From the human T2T-CHM13v2.0 reference genome, Homo sapiens, in NCBI RefSeq assembly GCF_009914755.1, contig NC_060930.1: a DNA stretch of 64,000 nt; one strand, written 5' to 3'. Under the pieces are notes generated by a model that was not told where the DNA came from, ran no database searches, and worked only from the letters and a program-made list of their open reading frames with translations. Both the position numbers and the translations under genes were made by a program. The number at the start of each line of letters is the position of its first letter. The first letter of the stretch is position 1. Shown piece by piece: positions 14,481 through 25,938 of this stretch.

Positions 14481-17400
14481 TTTCCCTTTCTGGAGTGATA
14501 ACCTTAACTGCTTTTAGGGGTGTTGGATGACGATTCTTTCTGACTACCTCCTGATGAAAAGGGGTGTTGTGTGGGAACAGCAGCTAGGGTTCCTCCTGGG
14601 TTGATCTAAGGGTCATTAGAAGAAAGGTGTGTCCTTACGTGGTTCAGTCTGTAGCACCATTTGGAGCTTGATTGCTTTCAGTCATTCAAATGGGGTGTGA
14701 TACTGGTTTGCCTCCATCAGATGCTGCTGAAACATTAATATAAAAGTAACATTCTTTTTAGAATATGTGGCATTGGATTTTGGTGGCTAGAGTAACTTTA
14801 GTGTTAACCTCGGTTAACAGTAAACCTGCTGAAACCTTCTGACTTGTCCTAAACGTCCCTCTTTTAAACAACCAATTATTCTCTTCAGGAAAAGTATTTG
14901 CCATATAAGATTCTTTCTTATATAAAATCTCTTTCCTTTATAATCTCCTTTGCATAGCCAGGGTGTGACATATTAGCAAACCCAATAAGATATTCTAGCA
15001 GACTCAGTGATAGAAGAACTTTTATGCTTCCTTTGTGTTGGTGACTATTATCCTTACTATAAGGATAATAATTAAGCAAAATACTACGGCAATGGAAACT
15101 CTCTATCCAATGTATCAGTATCATCTATAGCTCCTCTGCAAATAGTAGAGTGACTGTAGCAATTCCTGCATGGGTGATATAGTAGATTATTTCCACCTAA
15201 AATTTTACTCACCAAGACATACAACTTCCCTTTGGGGGGTCTATGAAGTTCCTTGGTTTTAATTTGCCAAACAAAGAAACCACCAGGTTATGGGCACCCT
15301 ACTCATTTTCATTACCTGGCAGAATTTGCAGGATAATTGCCCAGAACTAGCATATTGATCCAGATATTTGCATTACCCATCCCTTTTTGTTTCTTGCAAG
15401 CTTTAGGAGATCACCACTTGATTCACAGGAATAAGTCTAAAATGCAGGCAAAAAGTTTAAAAACAATGAGACTAGGATTTAATGATAAATGTATGATAAG
15501 CTTTGGAACATAATTTCTCTCTCCAGTACTCATGCTTGGTAAAAACATATTATTATAGGACTTTGTTGTTTGTACAATAAAATTAAGTCTTATACTTGGC
15601 CTGATTATTTGCATAAAGTGCGACAAGAATGGTTATTTCTACATTGGCCTTTTGGATTGCCTTTGATGGAACTCTGTTTTACAAGGAATCTCAGATAAGA
15701 ACTCTTAAAGTCGAGCCCAGCCATGGGTTTGTATACTCATATACATGTGATTTGGGTGATCTTGTTCTCTAAAGGTTCCAAGATAAACTGGGAGATCATA
15801 GACCTGTTAGAAAGTGACATTCTTTTCAGACCACAGGTTAGGAACCCTGTATAGGAACTGTGTAGACAAGGTAAGAGGCCAGGTGCCCCATGGGGCTTTT
15901 ATCAGCTCTGCAAGTCAAGATTAACTCCTTAAATGGAAGCATACCCTTCCAGTCAAAGCCTTGATGAAATGACCAGTTTTTCCAATCATGTCCTGTTGAA
16001 AAAAAAAATGGATTCTTATTACACTGATGCAACAACTATATTGCCATAAGTTAAAAGTGCTCACAGATAGTTTCCAAATTCTAGAGGACCTAGGCAGAGA
16101 GAAACAAGCATGCTCAAAATTTTAATAACAGGGGTACAACTTAGTTGTTAATCATCAAAAATAGCTCAAAATAAGTTTCCTTGACTCTGAAAAACAAAAC
16201 AAGGATCAGCAATATTCCAAGAAAAAGTTAAAAAAGATTGCCTTATTTTTTTGAGTGCAGTCCATTTAGTTAACTCTTGTTTTGCTTGACATTTGTGAAT
16301 ATTTCAGTTTTTCATGAGTCCCATACGTTATTTTTCTATTCCAATGTTACAATCTTCAAAGCTATTAAAAACCTGCATTTGAGAACACCTATAAAAGTCC
16401 TTAATATAGCTTGATTATAACCCATCTTTGGAGAAGGAACAAAGCAAGACAACGATTGTCTGCGAATGACAACATTTCCAGGGTATTTACAGTTAAGAAC
16501 ATGACTGGTAGAAAAAATTAGTTATCTCCATGGCTTGCAATAACATTACTCTTAATTATGATTGATAGCATATATTAGACATTAGAATTTTAGAAATTCC
16601 ATACAATTTGGGAACATGTATTAGTATTATTCACCAAAATATAACTTAAAGAAGATTGGACATCATTTTGACAATCTCACGTGACTAAACATGTCAAATA
16701 ATCCTGTTCACCTCTTTTCGAAATGCTTTAGGTGCCCTCTGAACCACTCCGAAAGCCAGGCATCAGGAAAGACAATTTTGAATGTTGACATTTGATTTTC
16801 GGATGCCTGCTAGATGTTAGAGGTTTAAAACACTTGATGTTATAAAATAGAATTCCAAATTGCCATAAATTGTTTATTTTTTCAAAATGATGACTCAAAA
16901 GGCAAAAACCTTTCATTAGCCTTTACTATTAGATAACAATCCTGTTTAAAGCCAAATTTTAACCTTGCATTCATGTATTAATGTGAACTCTAATTTCTTT
17001 AAATGAAACCTTATAGATGATTCCATTTAATCTTAACTAATTTGACCATGAGGTGAAATCTTTATAAATCTTTTATAACCTTCTTGCCAAAGGACAGATT
17101 ATTATCTCCAAACAACCTTGCTGTGCTTTTATTTCAATGCTCAACTTATGAAAAGACCATATAATACCCCTTTTGAATTTAGTTTATGCTTACACATTTT
17201 TGCAAGATTAATTGGTACAATCTTTCTATAACTTGCTTAAACCTCTAGCTCTATCTTATCAAATTTAACATAATCCCTCACCCCTGGGCAAAATGTATAT
17301 TTCCATGCTTTCTTATAATCTTTTACTAAATAAGCATTTCACTGTTTTTATATGCCTTGCATATAAAACTGTTTAGTGATCTCAAATACATGTTGCACTG

Positions 17401-20400
17401 TTAACTCTTTGCAACTTTTAGTTTTGGTTAAAAACCCAGTTAATAAGGAATTTTAATTATATACCTGGTGTGGAGCCTAGGACCGAGACAGAAGTACACA
17501 TAAGGTATGACTCTTTCCAGCATCTAACTCCACATGTCCCAGGCCTTATCTATCTGTAAAGCAGGAAGTATACAACCTTGGAACATTTAGCAAACCTAGT
17601 ATCTAAGTTGTATAATTTAGACCACCTATTTGCATTTTGATTGCATGTGCATTTTACCAATAATCCTTAAGACTAATTTTATTTCTTAAAGATAAAAGTC
17701 ATGTGAACTAAAAATATTTGATTTAAGTGCTTATTTTTCTTTAAGCCAATCAATTTGAGCTCTTTTTAGAGACATTATGCATAACACATATACAGCGACA
17801 CAAACAGACAGATGATTCAGCACTGGCAAGACTTTTCATTTGCCAGTTTATTAATTGGATTACTGGCTTCAAGGTGGAGCCTTTGGAGGAACAAGGCCAG
17901 GCACCATGCATTTTTAGGGCCTAATTAGCAGGCCTAATTAGACAGATCCCTAAAATTAAAGGTGCCATTTTATACTGGATTTTGGATCCCCAAAGTAGGG
18001 AGAAACTACGGGAGAACACAGTGCAGTGCTTCTACCATGTATTTCATTGAAAGGCAATGAAAAAGCCAATTGGCTTATTTTGTAATCAGCCCATCCCCCT
18101 GGGACTCTCATCTGTCAGTGGGGGATGGGGTTGTTTTACTATCTTTTAGATGGCCAACAGCATGCTTCCCTGATTTATAACTACTATTAGTTATCCCTTA
18201 AAGTGTATTTCCTACCTAGTTATTATACACCAAAGCTCTCTCATATTGTGAAGTAACTTGATACCCCCAAAACTAAAAATTGTCCAATAATACAATGCAA
18301 AACAGAGCAGAGCCTTTGATTCTGAGAGGGAAATATCTGCTTTTAATTCCTGGGGTTTTATGGGAAAAACAGATTTTTTTTTTCCTAAAGCAGGGTCTGT
18401 GGCACTTCCTCTGTTTTTCCCAAGGAGTCCCACACTACCAGAACTTATCTTAAGACCTCTCATGCATGCATTAAGAGTGGCAAGACAAAAAAAAAATGGA
18501 GTAAAATAATTCACTTAACTGAGAAGAAAAAAAAATCCAAGAAGAGAAAAAAAAAGGCCTTTTAAATATACCTAAAACTTGAGTATCCACTTTTAATTAA
18601 GCTGCACACTCTTTAAGAATATTCTTTTAAATCCCATGTTACTAGACTTTAGCCATGCCAGCAGGTAAGATTTTTAGCTTTAGAACTTTACAAAAACTAA
18701 CCTCACAAGAGAAACCAATAAGCCTTAATTAGGTTATGAGTTAACCACCAGTGTATGAGGTATTTTCAAAGGGGTGATAGGCAGCTTTTGAAAGCATCAT
18801 TGCAATATTGTGACTGAGATAGTGAAAGAGATCCAACCCAACCAACTTCATTTTATTTCCAGCCCCCAAGCTGTCCTTGCTTATCCCTTTTGCCAGTTTG
18901 CATAGGAAGACAGAAGTCAAAAGACTGACTGGTAAGCAAACAAACAACAACAACAAAAAACTTTTATCCTTTTGCCAGCATGTCAGGCTTTGGGGTTTCC
19001 TTCCCCTTAGCTCAACTCTAAGCCAAGAATTTTAAGTTTTGGGGAAATTAACTTTTCCCACGATAGAAGATCATTATAAAAGAGCCATTTTAAACTGTTA
19101 AAGAAGGAAAAACAACATAGAAAAGTCTGTGGGTTCCAATTAGGATTTTCAAGAGGTATTGCCTCTCATCCTATTGGGAATGGTGTTTTCCCCATTTCTT
19201 TGCTCTCTGTATTTCCTCTTTTCCTTTTAGGCCTAGTATAAGAGACATATTGCTCATCTCTGAATTTCTCTGCTGCCTGCAGAGCTGCCTGCTTCTAAAC
19301 TGCAGTTAGGGTTTGGCTTAGGAGAAGCATGGCATGCCTCCATGAGAGGTGAAATACCTGAGTTAAATTTTGGAAAGCTTCTATGTACCTATCAGCATCA
19401 TTAGAAAATCGACCTAAGTCTCCCTTTATTTACCTAAGGTCCTTTAACGAGAAGGGAGCTTGAAGGGGCCCCAAACAAGGGGGATCCTCAAATGGTTCCC
19501 CTGGAAGTTGTTTCTCGGCTTTTGGGGAATTATTCTCTTTGAGCCTACCCAATATGATTGCTAAAAGGGCTCGGTTGATTCTGTAACACTTTAAAAAGTC
19601 TAGTAAAAATGCCACGTCCTTGTGTCAAAAACAAACAAACAACAAAAAAACACCTTTTCTTCAACGTTCCAGGGTCAAAGGAGTCCTTATGCTTTGTAAT
19701 GCACTCCAGGGAAGTGCAGGCTGAAGATGGTGCCCACTAGAAAGATAAGTGCAAAAATGCATCCCTTTAGTCTCCTTCCTTTGGTGTGACCCAGGGTGGA
19801 TAGGAAGACAGAAGAGGCATCTCCCCTGCTGTTTCCCCTCCATGGTTCCTGGGTCCTGGCCTCTTGTTGAATGTGCCACTCATGCTTGCAGGCATGGCCC
19901 CCAGCCATGGAACCAGAGACACTAAGCTATTGGGGCTATTCACACTCACCCAAGTGGCTCTAGTCCTGTGCCTGTGATTTCCCTTTGACTTCCTAGACTT
20001 GTGTGACCTTCCTGGCCCCCCAAAAAATGGATCTCAAGAAAAACTATGTAATAGTTGGGAAAGGCTCCTTTAATGGAGGGGTTGTACTAGATTGAACTCT
20101 GTATCCTCCTATTATGGCCCATGCTGAAGTGTTTACCCTTAGAGAATGGTTCCAGTTAACTTCCAAACTTAAAATCCCTTTACTAATTAAGTACTGCTCT
20201 AATTAAAGGCAGAATAGTTGCCTTAAAAGAACTTAGAAAACAAATGGCCATTTTCCTGCTGAAAGGACAGCATCTAGACTAAAATTTGGCTTTGGAAGAT
20301 ATTTTACTCCTAATTGTTGAAGATAGACTTTTCTCATTTACAGGAGCAGCATGAGGCCTTGTTTCCAGTAGAAATGTGCAAAAAGGAGAGAGAAATTTGA

Positions 20401-21042
20401 AGCTGAGGTGTTTTGTTAAAGGACCCACAATATTTCTCATGGAGAGGATCCCTCTTCCACTAGGTGGTGCGGTTGACTTTAAGACGCCATGAGCTCTCTA
20501 GACCCAGGCCAGAGTGACCTTGACATGCATGTGCGCTCCATGAGCTCTCCTCATAGAGAGGCTGAGAGAGAGAGGGCTGAGAGAGAGAGATGCTCACTGT
20601 GGCCTGGGGAGCCCTCTGTTCCCAGAAATTCACAAAGACACCTTCCCTTGAGCTATATATCCAGTTACTACGACATTCCCTGAACTTGCCAAACTAAGAT
20701 TCCCTGAACTGTAAAACTTCCCACACATTTCATGCACAAAGAGGATAAGAGATATGATGGTCATGAACAGGAAGGGAGGAAATTACTATAGGAAATTTGG
20801 AGATCCTGTTGCCAATAACCCATCGAAACAGTCAGAGGCTGGGGTCAGTCCAGAAGCCTTTGGATAACGCTGGGGGTAGTCCCAGCCAGAAAACCTCAGT
20901 TGACCCAGGACTTATTCCAGCCTCATGCAATGGGTAAGTCCTCCATGAAACGCCTAAAATGGAGGCTGAGAGCCTTGGAATGAAGAGACAAAGTTGATGT
21001 CCACTCCTCTACTCACTGTTTCGATGAATGTTGTACCTTGGT

Positions 21043-21060
21043 ATCTTGGACGTGTCCTCA
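21043..21060 (-). other. Primer-binding site, tRNA-Pro type (degenerate)
   Basis: Minus-strand TGAGGACACGTCCAAGAT matches the canonical TGGGGGCTCGTCCGGGAT at 13/18, about 3 nt after the 5' LTR. Confidence 0.7.
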
Positions 21061-21063
21061 TTA

Positions 21064-21651
21064 TAAAGCGGCTATGCTGTCTTGGATATATACCTTGGGG
21101 TTTGCTGTCACATGCCGAGAAAGAATTCAGGACTTGGTCACATGCGGGTGGGTTAAGGAGTGGAAAGTTTAATAGACAGAAAAAAAGGAGAGAGGAGAGC
21201 AGCTCCTTGCAAGAGAGATTGAGAGAGAGAGAGAGAGAGATCCAAAAAAAGGGGGAGGCAGTGGACTGCAGAAGATTTTATAGACCTGTAGAAGGTGATA
21301 TCTGATTTACATAGGTCTCACAGATTGATTTGATCAGGTATGAGTTCTACATAATGCATGGAGAAGGCTGATATCTTATTATGCAAATGGGCTTTCCAGT
21401 TGATCAGTGCCATCTGTCTGCTTCTTACTGTATATGTGGCCAACAAAGAGAAGGGAGGATGGAGTGACCATCTTGAACATGACTGGCACAACTGCTGGTA
21501 TCTATGTATACAGCTCGGTTTTATAGGCTGCTCTTTAATGTTTAGAAAGGAAAACAATTTGGGGCTACTTTTTATTAAAAAGAAAAGCCTTACTGAGGAC
21601 TCCCATATCCTTACTGTCTGCCTAAGTAATTTCTTCTCAATTCCTATATCA
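21064..21651 (-). repeat. 5' LTR of the provirus
   Basis: Minus strand starts tgatataggaattgagaagaaattacttaggcaga and is followed by the PBS. Confidence 0.9.
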
Positions 21652-21668
21652 ATATCACAACCTACCAC

Positions 21669-22280
21669 TGTTATAGTAGGTAGCTGAGTACAGGCATGAG
21701 CAGGGAAGGAGATGGCTACCCCCACCCCACCAGGAATATCAGGCCACCATCAGGTGATGGTCAGGCAGTTATCACACTGCTTTTCTAAAATAATAATTGG
21801 TCACAGCCTGTGCCAGGAAAAGGCAGTTTCCCAATAGATAAAAACACCTGAAACTGTTGATTGGCAGCTTCCCAATAAAACCTCAGGAACTGGGCGACTG
21901 GGCTCAATCATGCTCATTAAGAGGCAAAATGGCAGAGTTTAACTGATATATAACCTTCTGGGGACATTCCACTGGAAAAGGGATACAAGATACTGGAAGT
22001 AGGCCACCATATGAAACTCTAGGTCCAAGGTCAAACAGGGCACTTGACCTCCAAGATGCCCACTTAGCCCTCCTCCAAGTGTATTCTATTTTACTTTCTT
22101 TTCATTCCTGCCCTAAAGCTTTTTAATAAACTTTTACTCTTGCTCTAAAATTTGCCTCGGTCTCCTCTTCTGCCTTATACCACTCAGTCAAATCCTTTCT
22201 TCTGAGGAGGCAAGAATTGAGGTTGCTGCAGACCCAAATGGATTCACCATCAGTAACTCAGATACCTGCCAGAGATAACA
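21669..22280 (+). mobile_element. ERV1 solo LTR (MER50-like)
   Basis: tgttatagtaggtagct ... gataaca; TG..CA ends with a perfect TSD CCAC. Confidence 0.85.
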
Positions 22281-22284
22281 CCAC

Positions 22285-22515
22285 CAGGATTTCCCAGTCT
22301 TTTGGCTTCCCTTGGCCACATTGGAAGAAGAATTCTCTTGAGCCACACATAAAATACACTAACACTAATAATAGCTAATGAACTAAAAAGAACAAAACAA
22401 AATGCAAAAAACAATTATAATGTTTTAAGAAAGTTCACAAATTTGTGTTGAGCTGCATTTAAAGCCACCGTCCTGGGTCACATGCAGCCTTCAGGCCTCG
22501 AGTTGGACAAGCCTG
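22285..22515 (+). mobile_element. MER30 hAT-Charlie MITE
   Basis: cagg..cttttggcttccc..ggccacattggaagaagaatt..ataaaatacactaacact..gttggacaagcctg. Confidence 0.85.
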
Positions 22516-22756
22516 GCCTATCACTGTGTGATGTTAATAATTCAGCCAATGCTTATTGAATACACATTCACCAAGCCAAGTGCTAGCTTTGTGAATCAGG
22601 AGACACAGATGCCACACTGATAAAACAAAGCCTGAAGCAATACTTACAGTGTACCATTAAAATAATTTCTAACCTTAATGCGAATACTGATTGCTTTCAG
22701 GAAGAAAAGAATAATACTGTGCTACAAATTACCATTATTCTGAATACTCAATAGAA

Positions 22757-23017
22757 CAGTGATTCTCAAAGTGTGGTCTATGGGCTAACATCCAACCATA
22801 AACTGTTATCGCAACTTACCTGCATAAATTTTGAGTAAGGAATTAGAAATTTTAATGTTATTTGACAGAGTATGTTACCTCTGTCACATCCAATAACATG
22901 GGTTATACTTTTGTATCTTTGCTTTTATTTCATTTTTATTTATATCAGTATATAACTGTTTGAAAAATATTTTTTATAAAATCTGACCTTTCTTTCAGAT
23001 AGATTGTGAAACAATGT
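22757..23017. mobile_element. Probable hAT-Charlie MITE remnant
   Basis: TIR-like ends cagtgattctcaaagtgtggtc ... gtgaaacaatg. Confidence 0.4.
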
Positions 23018-23021
23018 AATA

Positions 23022-23685
23022 CAGCTTTGCTACTCAAAGTGCAGCATTAGGAGAAACAGTTTTGACATAACCTGAGAGATTATTAGAAATTTAGAAACTC
23101 AGGTCCCAGTGCAGACCAACTGAGTTAGAATCTATACTTTCACAATATCCCTATGTAATTAGTATTGTGCACCCCAAAAATCTAAGACAGGTCTCATTAA
23201 ATTTAGAATGTTTATTTTGTCAAGATTAAGGATAGGCCTGTGACACAGCCTCAGGAGGTCCAGATGACATGTGCCCAAGGTGGTTGGGGCACAGCTTGGC
23301 TTTATGCATTTTAAGGAAACATGAGATATCAATTGACATATGTAAGATGTTCACTGGTTTTGTCTGGAAAGGCGAGACAATTCGAAGCAGGGAGGGGGCT
23401 TCCAGGTCGTAGGTAGATAAGAGACAAACGATTGCATTCCTTTGAGTTTCTGATTAGCCTTTCGAAAGGAAGCAATCAGATACTGCCAACAAGGAATTTC
23501 CTTGTGGACAATTGTAAGGAGGGTATGTAGCATTTTTATTTGTAGCTATCTTTTTAGGAATAGAATGGGAGGCAGGTTTGCCTTCTGCAGTTTTCAGCTT
23601 GACTTTTCCATTTATTTGGCTTAGTGATTCTAGGGTCTTGAGATATATTTTCCTTTCACAGTATGTACATTAAATTTTAACAGCT
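23022..23685. mobile_element. MER5A-like MITE split by the MER4 LTR
   Basis: ctactcaaagtg..ttagaaat..ctcaggtcccag..agaatcta..; continues as gtatgtacattaaatttt after the LTR. Confidence 0.6.
23166..23660 (-). mobile_element. MER4A-like ERV1 solo LTR
   Basis: Minus strand begins tgtgaaaggaaaatatatc; TG..CA ends; perfect TSD GTAT. Confidence 0.88.
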
Positions 23686-23699
23686 TATGAATATGATGT

Positions 23700-25125
23700 A
23701 CATACCTTTTATCCCTGAAAGTTTCTTTGTGCTCCTTTGTAATCATTCCACCCTGCTACGGAACTCCACTGCCACATCTCTAGGCAAGAGTAGGGGTAAC
23801 AGAAGTAACCCCTTTGGTTACTTTAGATTAGTTTGCATTTTCTAGCAATTATAAAATAAAATTGTACATGTTGCATGATCTTTTGTCTGGTTTCTTTCAC
23901 TAGACATAATTTCTTTGTAATTTATCTTTGTTATTCTATATATAGATAATAAATTTGTTTTTATTGCTGAGCAGTATTCTATTATATGAATATACCACAA
24001 TTTAGCCATTTCCCTGTTAATGGTCATTTGGTTTGTTTTCAGATTATTAGTTACTATTAGTATGCATATAATTAGTATGCATTAGTTGTTATTAGTCTGC
24101 ATTAGTGTACAAGTATGCATTTTAATTGCATATTTTTAAATCACATATTATATAATTATTATCTTTAACACTCAATTATCTTATTTTGGTAAATATACAT
24201 AACATAGAACTTACTATTGTGTGTTTTTAAGTGTACAATTCTGTGGCATCAAATACATTCATATGGTTTTGCCACCATTGCCACTATTGATCTCCAATAC
24301 TGTTTAGTCATCCTAAGCTAAAACTCTGTTCCCATCAAACAATAATTCTAATTATTCTTTGTCCCCAGGCCTTGGGGACAAACTATTCTTATATTTTCTA
24401 TCTTAATTTGTCTATTATATTTTAGGCACCTCTTACGACTGGAATTGTACAGTACTTATCCTTTTGTAACTGTCTTGTTTAGCATGATATTGTCAAAGTT
24501 CATTGTTGCAACATGTATTAGAATTTTATTTTTTGTTAAAGCTAAATAAGATTGTATATATATGTATATAAAAATATATGTGCTTTAGATATGTTTAGAT
24601 GTCACCTTTTAGTGCACAAATTATGAATTTTTATAAAGTTCTTTTTTTGTTGCATGTGCTTTTGATGTCATATCCTAAAAATCAGTGCCAAATTCAACAT
24701 CACAAAGCTGTTCCCCTATGTGTTTCCTTCAAAGAGTATTAGAAATTTAACATTTACATTTAAGTGCTCGACACATTTGAGTTAATGTTTGTGTAAAGAA
24801 AAAGTCCAATTTCATTCCTTTGCATGTGGATATTCATTTTTTCCAGTACCATTTGTTAGGAAAAAAACTTTCCTTGTCCTATTGAATGTTCATGGCACCC
24901 TTGTCAGAAATCAATTGACCATATATATGAGGTTTTATTTTTGGCCTATTTTATTTCATAGACCTATGTCTATCCTTATGCAAATACCACATGGCTTTGA
25001 TTACTGCAGGTTTGTATTAAGTTTTAAAATCAGAAAATGTGAGTCCTCCACATTTGCTCTTCTATTTCAAGATAATTTTGGATATTGGAGCCCCTTAATA
25101 TTCTATACACATTTTAGAATTAACT
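23700..25125 (-). mobile_element. Ancient L1M (L1MB/ME-like) 3' fragments
   Basis: Antisense L1 3'UTR and ORF2-end motifs (catggcacccttgtcagaaatcaattgacc; ttttattgctgagcagtattc). Confidence 0.65.
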
Positions 25126-25190
25126 CTTTATTATTTTTTCAAACTTATCATGAATTGCTCAAGAGTAACAATAAACAAATAAAATTTTCT

Positions 25191-25478
25191 GGCTGGGTGC
25201 GGTGGCTCATGCCTGTAATACCAGTACTTTGGGAGGCCAAGGAGGGTGGATCACGATGTCAGGAGTTCAAGACCAGCCTGGCAAGCATGGTGAAACCCCG
25301 TCTCTACTAAAAATACAAAAATTGGCCGGGCATGGTGGCAGGCGATTGTAATCCCAGAACTCAGGAGGCTAAGGTAGATAATTGCTTGAACCCAGGAGGA
25401 AGAGGTTGCAGTGAGCTGAGATCATGCCACTGCCCTCCAGCCTGGGCAACAGAGTGAGAACCCGTCTCAAAAAAAAAA
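25191..25478 (+). mobile_element. AluS, full length
   Basis: Dimeric Alu with A tail; TSD core aattttct. Confidence 0.95.
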
Positions 25479-25530
25479 TTAATGAATTTTCTTGGATATT
25501 GAAACTGCAGTTACATTTCAAAAAAAATCA

Positions 25531-25938
<408 letters not shown>

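Larger units (their letters stand above)
13900..21651 (-). mobile_element. Two-LTR ERV1 provirus (MER61/LTR9-like, MER4 group; no intact ORFs)
   Basis: Direct-repeat LTRs at 13900-14480 and 21064-21651. PBS at 21043-21060, PPT at 14481-14492, TSD atac/atat. Confidence 0.88.

Noticed and set aside
24045-24120. attagtatgc-like short repeats, and 11-13 bp tandem duplications near 17918, 47104 and 52800
   Set aside because: These are ordinary slippage products with no repeat-spacer (CRISPR-like) organisation.
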